Source of the DNA: Octopus bimaculoides
Taxonomy: Eukaryota
DNA length: 37,295 bases
NCBI RefSeq assembly: GCF_001194135.2
Contig: NC_068991.1
Span: forward strand, 79,827,391 to 79,864,685
Direction: 5' to 3'
Shown here: positions 13,546-24,356 of the stretch, in pieces
Layout of the letters: the number at the start of each line of letters is the position of its first letter
Numbering within the stretch: the stretch's first letter is position 1
Notes under the pieces: model-generated
Database searches by the model: none
The model's input: the letters and a program-made list of their open reading frames with translations, nothing else
What the model was told of the DNA's origin: nothing
Made by a program: the position numbers and the translations under genes

Positions 13546-13670
13546 AATACAGTTCTATATTTAAGAGATGATGAATTATTTACATTATTTAAATTTGACG
13601 GATATTTATCTTCATCTTGTTTGTTAACAACAAACAAGATGAAGACAAATATCCGTCAAATGTAAATAAT
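13546..13670. repeat. Fold-back (palindromic) pair of the 3' segment of the hammerhead-bearing element
   Basis: The arm TTTGACGGATATTTATCTTCATCTTGTTTGTT is followed by AACAACAAACAAGATGAAGACAAATATCCGTCAAA, centred on TGTTAACA (13622-13629). The left arm matches the reverse complement of 14335-14418. Confidence 0.9.
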
Positions 13671-14029
13671 GGAAATAGCGAGGGATTATAAATCCGGGCA
13701 AAATACTTCATAAGCTAACAGTGTTACTTAGATTAGGGAAAAGCTCCGAGTAATCTTTCGATAGGGTCTGAAGTTACAGCAGGTGAGGGTTCGGCAAATT
13801 CTTGCGGAATAACCTGCACGGATGATTTGTTTATAATCATTAAATATTTGCGCTGTACATAGCTCACACCCCACGATATATAAAATTGACACTGGTTGTA
13901 ATGCCGCATAGCGTAACACACGTCATATATCGATGTGATAGCGGAGCAACATCAGATGAAGTCTGGAATTCGAAGCCACGGACTCATCATCCTGAATGGG
14001 ATACACGTACCACTATCCCTCTATTTCTT

Positions 14030-14072
<43 letters not shown>

Positions 14073-14104
14073 CACATACACACGCACGTTTATATGTATA
14101 CAAG

Positions 14105-14270
14105 ATGTGAGGTATATTATTTACAATTGACGGATATTTTTCCTCATCTTTTCTGTTGTTAACACAACATTTCGGCTGATATACCCTCCAGCTTTCATCA
14201 GGTGTATTGGGGAAATTTCGATGTTATTATTATTATTACTGCCTGGAATCGAACTCGGAATCTAGGGACT
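14105..14270 (-). mobile_element. Short element: tRNA-like B-box + (AAT)n + minimal hammerhead ribozyme + 3' segment
   Basis: Minus strand reads GAGTTCGATTCC (14256-14245), (AAT)n, then ACAC-CTGATGA-A-AGCTG-GAGGGTATAT-CAGCC-GAAA-T-GTT-GTGT (14205-14162). Confidence 0.7.
14162..14205 (-). ncRNA. Minimal type-I hammerhead ribozyme motif (Penelope-like-element type), with two lesions
   Basis: CUGAUGA and GAAA cores are intact. Stem I is ACAC/GUGU, stem II is GCUG/CAGC (closing pair A.C) and stem III has no loop (AU/GU). Predicted cleavage after GUU. Confidence 0.7.
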
Positions 14271-14290
14271 ATTATGTCCAAGTATGGAAT

Positions 14291-14418
14291 GCGCTTGATG
14301 AAGGCTGGAGGGTATATCAGCCGAAACATTGTGTTAACAACAAACAAGACGAGGACAAATATCCGTCAATTGTAAATAATGTAAATAATACCTCATCTCT
14401 TAAATATAGAACTGTATT
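14291..14418 (+). mobile_element. Second, inverted copy of the hammerhead-bearing element
   Basis: GCGC-TTGATGA-A-GGCTG-GAGGGTATAT-CAGCC-GAAAC-ATT-GTGT at 14291-14334 (C3 to U, G16.2 to A), followed by the same 3' segment as 13546-13670. Confidence 0.75.
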
Positions 14419-14682
14419 ATGTGAGGTACATTTGAGGACATTTAGTCATCAGTGTATTACTAGCTAGAAACCAATTAAACAGATTTTCACTGCATTCACA
14501 TCCCACCTCCTCTGGCAGATAAAACACCAACACTTTAAAAGAAAGGGCATGCAATTAATGATCCATATGTGAGGAACTCCATCATTAAATTTCCAATTTG
14601 CGAAATGTTGCTAAATCCTTTGTACATAATTAATTGGAAGGAATCGAAAGCCTCTGGCGGGAATCTTTCAACTCTAAAGTAA

Positions 14683-14901
14683 TACAAGGGGGTGTTGAAA
14701 AGTTCCAAGCTTCAAGGTTATTGTGAAAGGCTCGGTTGGAGACCCAATCCTCCTATCTTTTATCGGGCTTAGAAATAATTTAGGACCGCAGGAATAAGTA
14801 TGTACATCTGAGAAGGGAATGTGTTGAATAAAATCATAATTAACTAATTCTCCTGTACTTTCTTTTACCCAAAGCCAGGGAATTTTTAGCACCCCCTCGT
14901 A
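14683..14901 (+). mobile_element. Mariner-derived MITE
   Basis: TA-flanked imperfect TIRs: CAAGGGGGTGTTGAAAAGTTCC from 14685, and on the minus strand CGAGGGGGTGCTAAAAATTCC from 14899. Internal 14793-14831 translates NKYVHLRRECVE*, like the mariner C-terminus KC..L.GEYVE*. Confidence 0.85.
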
Positions 14902-16014
14902 TTTATGCCCACTTAAACATGGATGTTCTATTAGAGTAAACTATACTGCGGTAGTTAGTATGAGAGAAATCTCATATTGTCTTTGTAGTGCAAAACGCAT
15001 ATCGCTAGCGGGGAGATAAATTCCCGTTACGTCCCGCGCCGAGAACACCAGATCACATGATTTCGACCTTGTTTGGTCTAATCAATGATGGACACTCGAC
15101 TGCTAGTGGCAGCAGTAATTTATCTCCCAGTCAACATGCTGATCTCTCGATTAGCCAGTTCGTTTGTTAAGATCATATATTAGCGACAGAAGCATTATTA
15201 AGACCGAGCGATAATATCTATGCCTACATAAACGTGTGTGTTCCGTCAGAACAAATTATATTGCGGCAGTTACCATGAGAAGGACACTAATATATATATT
15301 TGCTTGTTAGGGCATAGATATGCAAAAGGGAAGGATTATAGCCGACTGAATCCATTTGTTCATAGAACAGCTCGACCAAAGAAAGTCTGCAGATAAGCAG
15401 GTAAATCATCAACAATGACTGGAGGTGTAGTTGAATGAATTATATGATCAGAAAGGCATAAGCGCCAAAACATCACTATCCAGTTCCTTATCATGAAATA
15501 TAGGTCATTTCAGATGCACCAATACGTCCATATTCAAAATGATGTTTAAGTTATTTACATTTTCTTAATTGTGATGTAGCTCATTAAATAATTCATAGAG
15601 CGATAGATAACTTTAATTTAGTTCCAACTCCAGCTATTTTGGCGTTTGGTGAAATTTCTATGTTTAGATGTTGCGAAGTTTGGTAATTATTTTTAATTGC
15701 ACTGGAAATATTTGATTTTCCAAGTTTAATCAAAACCTTTGAAAAAATGCTTTGATTTATTTTCGTTTTGATTAGTGTTAATGGCTACATTTAATTACAT
15801 CTATTTTACTGATATTTTCTTTAGTGAACTGCAAGGTCTAATGAATAAACCGAATTATCACTAGCGTTCGCTACAAGTCCGTACTGTTAATGCATAGGAG
15901 AAGTTAACAGCCATATTAATTTGACAGTTCAGTTCATAACACTTAGCAATGAAAACAGAAGCATAAACAAGGATAATATTATTCTGTATAACCATTGATA
16001 TTGAAATGATGTGA

Positions 16015-16058
<44 letters not shown>

Positions 16059-16674
16059 AGTTATGGATATATGTATGTACTTATATTCATATATATATAT
16101 TATATGTATATGTATATATATATAAATATGTATGTGTGTATGTATATTGCGTCATATTATGTCATACGTGTTATTCTATTCTTTTATATTGTTTTCAAGC
16201 GAGCAATCACTCAAAGCTTCCTTAGTAAGGAGGATGATTGGACACCGCACAGGAGGTAAAAGCAAAACTTGTGAAAGGACAGATGAACTTTTCGAAGTTA
16301 ACGGCCATCCAATACTGTGTATACAAGCTCTTCCTGTTATTTATGATGGACAGCGATTTTGGTACAGAAAATTCAGTGGTTGCACAGAAGATTGACACCT
16401 TTTCAACAATGGGCTGGCACAGGAGGTTCAGTCAGTAGAAGACCATGCGAAGGAGAAAGCAAGTAAGGTGTAACAAATTACTGGCAGTGAGTAACCCCTA
16501 ATCCTTGTTAGGACATTACTCTAAGTGAAGACAAACTTTGATGTAAAACTTGCGGCTCGATGGTAGACAATGATATTGACTAGTTCTTCTTTTGGAGTTA
16601 TTTCTCATTGTTGTTCAAGGAGTAAAATTCGTTATGTGCAAGGCATCTCCTGACTTTAAAGAATTTTAAACAGG

Positions 16675-16804
16675 ATTTGGAGTTCTTTGGTCAAACCCGG
16701 AGGAAATCCACATAAGCGTGAAATATATGTAAATACAATGAACGATGAAAATGGACAACACAGGAAGACAAGGGTTTAGCTTAACGCTTTGAAGGAAATA
16801 CCTT
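16675..16804 (+). repeat. Dispersed direct repeat, copy 1 (unclassified)
   Basis: Matches 21917-22046; a 51-nt core has one mismatch. Confidence 0.9.
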
Positions 16805-16925
16805 GACGTACCGACATCGTCATCTTATACTTGTGAATGAGAAAGCAGACATCTTGTATGTATATATGTATGTATGCATGTTTGTGTATACGCATAAATA
16901 TACATACCCATATGCCTACATTTTA

Positions 16926-16956
<31 letters not shown>

Positions 16957-16989
16957 GTAGTTGCGTGTGTGTGTGTACATGTGAGTTGC

Positions 16990-17140
16990 TCGACAGAAAC
17001 CTTCGTTTAGTCTCCGTCCCACAAGACATTTGTCTTCGCGAGGAACAACACAAGACAACATTTGCCGAAACTATCATGCACGTAGATTGAACCCGATGCA
17101 ATGTGAACACAAACCGAGCTTCTTTATCACACGCACATGC
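16990..17140 (-). mobile_element. SINE family A, highly diverged 5' half
   Basis: Degenerate colinear match: AGTCTCCGTCC...ACATTTGCCGAAAC...GATTGAACCCG...GAGCTTCTTTATCAC, preceded by (TG)n. Confidence 0.5.
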
Positions 17141-18080
17141 CAGCTCTTAATTTTAACTTACAGAATATTGAATACAGTATCTGCTTTCATTTACTTGTAC
17201 GAGTGTGTTGAATATCTGAACGTCACACTTGGTTTGATTTCATTGCAATGGTACTTAATCCGATTCCTCTGCACACATTGCTGTAGCACAAGCAATAACT
17301 AACCTTGCCGCATGTTCACGCTGTTGTTAACTTGCTCTACACAAACAAGATATAATCTATCTCCTGTAACTGACTAATTATATTAATTCTAAATTCTCAC
17401 TGTTATTTCATACATGTAGGACTCAATGAACTTCGTATTTATTTTTATTTTCTTTAAATAGAATAAGTATCGATTTATCTAAATGCTGTTTCGATCAAGC
17501 AACATTTTTACCTGTTCAAATTGTACAATCCTTTAATTATATAAACTTGTAATTCCGGTTTTCTTTTGTCGTCATCTTTATTGAAATTGTATCACTTTAG
17601 CTTCAACTTGACGCACTAATGTTTAAATTCTATAATTCTCTTGGGCTTTGTTCTTTGATCATATATACATCCATTAGGAAATATATTCGATCTACACTAC
17701 TTCACATATTGGACATTGCTATAGAAACAATGTTTGTTGTTAGCAATCTTACTGCTTACTTTCATTTCACAGCAATCGTACTCATATTCACGTATAAAAT
17801 AAAAGCTATTTCTCCATTACAGTTTCTAATATTCGGGAATACCATTAAATAACAGTCATTCCTCATATATTTATGGTCTAAGTCACTGATTTTCTAGTGA
17901 AGTAGGGTACTAGTGACTCGGTCTTACACAGAATATTCATGTTAGACCAAATGTTTCATAGAGTTAACAAAGCAGCTTGAAAGACGAAAAGCCTCAATAC
18001 CTGTTTCAGGTATGATTTTATTTATACTACTATTTATATTTCTATTCCTGTAAACATTGAGATTAAGTATTTATAACAAC

Positions 18081-18350
18081 TACTTTCCTTTCACAAGGCC
18101 AGTAATTGCAGGGGAGGGGATACATCGATTACATCGACCGAAGTGCCCTACTGATATTTTTTTTAAAAATCAAGCCACAAAAGACGAACGCTAATGTCGA
18201 CCTCGGCGGAATTTGAACTCGGAACGTAAATATGGACGAAATGTCGCTAAGCATTTTGTCCGGCGTGCTAATGATTCTGCCAGCTCGCTAATGATTCTGC
18301 CAGCTCGCTAAGCATTTTGTCCGCGTGCTAATGGTTCTGCCAGCTCGCCG
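18081..18350 (-). mobile_element. SINE family B with a multiplied 5' head
   Basis: B-box GAGTTCAAATTCC (18220-18208). Homologous to 35473-35709. The head unit GCTAATGATTCTGCCAGCTC is present three times. Confidence 0.85.
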
Positions 18351-18723
18351 CGATCGATAGCATCAATATTTGCTCAAATCAAACTTTCATGTCTTTCTGT
18401 TCTACACAGATCGGTTAAAAGAAGCGTAAGAAGAATTAAAAGTGCTTTGGTATTTTAATGCATGAAATGAAGCCATTATTTTCATTATGTTACAGAGATT
18501 GAGCTGCGCGTTAAGGTTAGCATTTTTGCGTTGAAGAAAGAAGCTTGAAAAGAATTAGACGGAGAATTCGAGAAATCTGGTCGCATGCACATATATGACA
18601 CAAACATACACATAGGAGGGAATACACACATGAACACAGCCATACATGTCTGCTACTTTTGAAGTAACAAAAATAATTATTATTATATGCACTCTGTGCA
18701 TTCTGCACGACATACAGTGACAT

Positions 18724-18885
18724 CCGACTGGCTTCACAGCAGTATTCATCAACCGAATTCACTCGCAAAGCATTGATAGTTATGGGGCTAGACATGAAGA
18801 AAATTACCAGGTGTGCAGCATTGTGGGACCGAACCCGAAAGCATGTGGTTGTGAAGAAGTGATATTCTAACCAGGCAGCCATTCT
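18724..18885 (-). mobile_element. SINE family A, 5' half, diverged
   Basis: GGGACCGAACCCGAAAGCATGTGGTTG (B-box region) and AATTCACTCGCAAAGCATTG match family A. Confidence 0.65.
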
Positions 18886-19966
18886 AGACTCTTCATATTT
18901 TCTCATTAGTGAAGTATACTATATTCCGAAGTCAATCGATATTGAATGTAATATAAAATTTTCAATGTAAACCGCATGACACACTGCTGCATCATACATA
19001 AGTATGACGCTTCTTGTCGATTGATCATGCATTTACGAAATGGAGCTATTACAGCATATTACTACGTAAAATTCAAACAAAATTAAATGGAAAAAAAACA
19101 TCAGAAGATAACATTAATATCCGACATAAAATTACACACAGAACTGGAAGATTAACTAAGGAAGCTTTATTAGATGGAAAAGCATTGTGAAATATTAACA
19201 CATATCAGGTTATGTGAAATTTAGTACGTCTCACGCAAGTAATTAAATGCATGTATGTTCATATATAAATGTGTGTGTGTGTGTGTGTGTTTTGCATTTG
19301 AAATGGGAACACAGAAAAGCTGGGGGTAGTACTATTGCAGGCCAGTCACTCGGTACATCAACGACCTTGCATGTCCTTAGTAAAGCCATAACTCATTAAG
19401 GTCTACTCTGTCTTATTGCAGCCGCATTAAATGTCATTAAATACTCTTGGACCAATACTAAGTTAAAAGAAACGTAACTAGACCTGTATGAGATATATAT
19501 ATATATATATATATATGTTTCTAAATTAGACTCGATGCTATCAAAATTGAAGGAGAGGATCAATTCGTGCCATTTCTTCCAGTGGTTGATTGGTAGTTTA
19601 TTTTATCGATTCCAGAGGGATTTGATATGCGAAAATAAATTCTCATGATTCTGTTAGCCCGTCGCTTTGTCTTGTCTTGTACATCTGAATACACAGGGGG
19701 AAATTCATATTTTCAATGGTTTTGTTCAACTACATTAATGAAGTACATTTTCAACACGATTCCCACCATTAGTTATGCAAATTTCGATTAGCTTTGTGAG
19801 AACCACATCTGTTTGTTTCATTGACTAATTCTTTTCTTTCGGATACACCAAAACAATAAATCAAGATGACTGATATCTTGTAAGCCAGGGACTCATTCAA
19901 CACCACCTCGCTGCTATTCCAATCAAGTAAACTGTCATTCAAACACTATCCGGACTTTATAGTCAC

Positions 19967-20575
19967 TTCAGGCGAGATTATGTGGTACGAAGTTTGCTTG
20001 CCAACTATATGGTATCAGGTTCAGTCCTACCTTGAGCAAGTGTCTTGTACTGCAGCCTTGGGTCGAGCAAAGACTTGTAAGTGAATTCGCTAGGCTGATG
20101 CAGAATAAGTCATTCGTATAGGTATATATACATAGTTGGTTGAAATTTACAGAAAAACTAAAGATGAAGACAGGTGTATTAGTTTGACGCTCGAGAAAGT
20201 TTTTTTTACGTTTCGAGCCGACGCCCTTCGACAGAAAGGAACACGAGGAAATAAATGGAGAGAGAATAAAAAGGGGCAGAATAAAAAAACAATCTTTTGG
20301 CGCCAGCGGTCAATCATGTATATATATACATATATACAATCATGCATATGGTGTATCTATGTATGTGTGCAGGCCTTTGTATCTGTCACTAATGCTTGAC
20401 AGCCGGTGTTAGTTGTGTTTCTCTCCCATCAATTAGTGTGTCAATAAGAAGGACTGATATAATAAGTACAATTCTTTACACACATCCGCAAAAGAAAGTA
20501 CTGGCATCGATTCGTTCGACTAAAATTCCTCAAAGTCGTGACCCAGTATCGCCCCCGCCTAATGACTTAACCATG
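19967..20575 (+). mobile_element. SINE family A interrupted in its central microsatellite by another element
   Basis: Head and body at 19967-20130 (GGTTCAGTCC, CCTTGAGCAAGTGTCTT). The 3' half resumes near 20390 (GCTTGACAGCCGGTGTT...ATCGATTCGTTCGACTAAA). Confidence 0.65.
20140..20317 (-). mobile_element. Inserted element carrying a variant hammerhead-like core
   Basis: Minus strand 20243-20199 reads GTTCCTTT-CTGTCGA-A-GGGC-GTCG-GCTC-GAAAC-GTA-AAAAAAAC. Confidence 0.5.
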
Positions 20576-20592
20576 TAAAAATATGAAGAAAG

Positions 20593-20647
<55 letters not shown>

Positions 20648-21156
20648 TGCGCGTATGTATAGGTGGGATTGTTTATAGTGTTCCTATTTACTTCTAGACC
20701 AGAAGAATCGTGAAGCTTCTTGCTGATATTCATAGGTAAACTTTTTGGGTTGTTTCAGCTCTTGGTAGGTTTGTACACAGAAATGCGTTTCAGCAAAGAC
20801 TGAAGATATATAGAAGGAAAACAATGAAAAATTAAAATTACTATTTACTTCACGAGACTACATAGACATAACAATCAAAGGCGTTGAGGAACTGACCAGT
20901 GAATTAGGATAGAAGCAAGTTGGTACAAAGTAAATAAATTCGGAAGATGTGGAAAGGTTATTGTAATGATGTGAAATACAACCGGACAATTTGTTGTTAC
21001 CTCTTGTAGACTGTTAGTGGAAAAGTTTCTTCGTCAGCTGACAATAATGGCTCTGACGATGTCTGACACCCTGTGTGAACATGTACCTATGTACGGGAGG
21101 CTACGTGCGCGTGCGTGTAAGTGTTTTTATGAATTTGCAATGGAGTGGTTAAACAT

Positions 21157-21186
21157 CACGTGGGGCGTGGATGGCAGATGACGTCA
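21157..21186. promoter_or_regulatory. Compact cis-motif cluster: E-box, GC/KLF box, E-box and CRE
   Basis: CACGTG (21157), GGGGCGTGG (21162), CAGATG (21175) and TGACGTCA (21179) within 30 bp of non-repeat sequence. Function untested. Confidence 0.35.
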
Positions 21187-21916
21187 ATGAGGTCTTTGTA
21201 ATGGTTACATTAATTAGATTAGCTTATAACTCAAAAGTCAAACTCAACGAGAGCACAGCATGGTAGTTAAAGCCGAACTAATAATAACAGGATGACTTAG
21301 AAAGTTTTACATCAAATATACCAAGATACAGAAATACATACATATACATACGCACACACACACACACACACATGTACGTATATATACATACATAAATGTA
21401 ATGATACATAGTTATGTAAATATTCGTATGCATATATATTATATATTTATATATATATATATACGTTTATATGTGTGTGTATGTGCTTGTATATATATGA
21501 GTATATATGAAAGTCTATAGCATATAAATAGGTCAAATGATAAAAGATAAAAGAGATACAAGAGTATGAATTCATAGTAAACACACAGTGAAGCCACTAG
21601 AAATCAATATATGTTCAGTTGCTTCCTACTGTTTAAAGACTGTTGCGAGCAAGTAAAATTATTCCATTAACATCTGCAAAGACAGTATGGCGTCGGCATG
21701 TGATCTGATCAACAGGTAGTGCAACAAAATATCATGAAAAATATACAGAATTCACATTTCATCTCTTCGCTTAATCGCTTCTTTCTACTTAAAAAATACT
21801 ACGATACTACCAGTCTTTATACACCACACACACACACACATACACACACGCAGGCACTCACACACATACACACACGCACACGCACAATCCGGGTGATAAT
21901 CCAATGTGGATTTCAA

Positions 21917-22046
21917 ATTTGGAGTTCTTTGGTCAAACATAAGCGTGAAATATATGTAAATACAATGAACGATAAAAATGGACAACACTGGAGGAGCAAG
22001 GCTTAACAAATAAGGGCTTAGCTTAACGTTTTGAAGGAAACGCCTT
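21917..22046 (+). repeat. Dispersed direct repeat, copy 2
   Basis: Matches 16675-16804, with reciprocal indels. Confidence 0.9.
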
Positions 22047-22228
22047 ACATTTTTTAAAACCTTAGTTCTTCTCTATTACCCTTTTCTATACTTCGTTGTT
22101 TTTATACTACACTCTCACACACGAGTGCGTATGTATATGCATTTATAGATGTGTATGTACATATTTATAAATACATGAGGTTATACGAATGTCTGTATAC
22201 GTGTATGTATATATTGGCTGTATTAAGA

Positions 22229-22585
22229 AGTCCCACAGCGTGAGATCTTGGTCAAGTGTTTTTACCATAACCTTTTACGACAAATTCCTTGCAAGTGGAT
22301 TTGGTTGATGGAAACTAAAAGAAGTTCGTTAAACGAGAGTATAAATATCTGTGTGCCTCTGTGATTTTGTGAGTATGTGTCTACCTGCGTATGTATGTAT
22401 GTATGTATGCATGTAGGTACGTATGTATGTATGTGGGTGACTTTTGGTTTGTCTTCCACCACCACCTATTGGAAACTGTTATTAATTTGCTCACTTTTCA
22501 ATAAGTGAGGTTATCGGCAGAAGGGACAGATAGGGTAGGTACAACCGTTAAGAAAAAGTATGGCCACAGTCCAGTAAATGAGACA
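22229..22585 (+). mobile_element. SINE family A, diverged, head truncated
   Basis: GATCTTGGTCAAGTGT...AGTGGATTTGGTTGATGGAAACTAAAAGAAG, a central (TATG)n, and the 3' AGTATGGCCACAGTC. Confidence 0.7.
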
Positions 22586-24356
22586 CGTAGAAGGTGAATG
22601 TATATTTATATGTTGGTATATATATATTGAAAATAGCGAAGGCTGCTATAAGCAACATAAACCCAAAACGTTGTCATTAATTGTGACTGACGGTGAAAGG
22701 TAGCTAGAAATAAGTGGTAAAAGCCTTTAGGGCAGCAAAGAAGCATATTTTTATGCACTGATAGGGGAGATAACCGCCTCACAGCGAGCGAGATCACTAT
22801 ACTAGTCTAGTTTCGCTTGGAACTAAAAACTCATACGCTATATCTTAGATTTAAGATTCCTGATAAATTCGTATGATCTGGTATATTTACCATGGTTTCC
22901 TCGAGGAATATTTATAGGTGTTGCAAACAACGAGTTTTGAATATGTTGCTAGTCAAGCAAACACATAAATGACTCAGTAGGGTATTGCTTTTCAAGTTCT
23001 TAAGGCCGAGCTTGTATGTATTAAGATGAAAAGAATTGTGCGTTTTGTGTAGGCTGTGTGAATTCATATTAGGGAAAGACAGACTTGAGAAGGATAGTTT
23101 TGTAACAGGTTTGGAAAGTTTACGTAAGAGAGCAGTTTATTTGTCTACTTATTTATTCATTTATCTTTTTATTTATTGATCTGATTAGAGAAGTAGTGTG
23201 TGTCTTCGACTTTGCAGATTTTCCCTTCCATACCAGAATGTTGTGACCTATGTCGTTAACAGTCTTGTGGAATAGCTAATAATCGATAACTACAGGAAAG
23301 ACACTTGCTGAGAGGATAATTAAACAAATTAACGTCTATTTTTATATAGTTGAGAAAGAAATATTTTTCCTTGGTAAAACGACACATGGCTATAATGAGT
23401 ATTCTACATGTTGATTCAATGCAAATATGTTAACTCCGGGTTATCGTAATATAGATAATGACAGGAAAGATATAGATAAAGATAGGAAATATGTGTACTA
23501 GATTGGAATGGAACTCATACCGACAGATTGAAATATATTCTACAACAACTGCTAGCAATCAATATATGTGTACGTGTGTGTGATAGTGTGCGTGAGTGAT
23601 CGTTTGCGGATGTGTCTAAGTGTGTGTCTTAATTGCAACATTGAAACAAATAAGATGTCTGATGAGATTATAGTTAAAAAAAAATAGAAGCGAAGGAGCC
23701 TGTAAGCGATGGGCTGACTTACGACGGTGGTAACTCGATGTGAATCTGTCGAGTGAATTTTGTTTTCTGGTCTGAAATTCCTTTATATCTAAGAAATTGG
23801 ATGTTGCTTTTCTTCTCAAAAATCCCTATATCCTTCGTCCGCAATCTTATTTCTGAATGCACGACCTGAAGTAGATCGTGTTAAAATAATATTCAACTTT
23901 AGTGAACTCATATCAACGTTAATGACGGCAAACATATTTATCCTTCGAAAAGTAATGTTAGGTCGTAATAAACTAAATTTAACATATACAATATTTATAT
24001 TTATATTTGGATACAGATATTTACATGTCGTAATACACTTTCTAATGAACATCTTGTGATAAAAAATCTCTATTGGTTTAATGTTTCTTTGATGGTAAGG
24101 AAACTGAAAATTTAGCCCGTTACACAAACATGATCACGCAACAATGCTGAACAGGCAAGAATATTGCTGCTGCTCTTTAATTTGATAGTTCTTTTATTAC
24201 ACGAATTTTTCTTTAAAATTTTCTGTTTATATATATTTGATTTCTTGTAAATGTTTCTTTTTGCAATTTCAAATTATTTCCATTCTACCGTCTTTTGATA
24301 ATTCTTACATACACACTACATGCATGAGAATACATAATAAAAAATACAAATCTGCA

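Noticed and set aside
14245-14256. B-box as a tRNA gene
   Set aside because: There is no A-box or cloverleaf. It is a SINE-type head fragment, and no genuine tRNA gene is supported in the window.
16132-16500. Overlapping moderately GC-rich ORFs
   Set aside because: Short, with no recognisable domain and no convincing splice pair.
23816-24127. 103-aa minus-strand ORF
   Set aside because: AT-driven I/N/F/K composition, no motif and no splice support.
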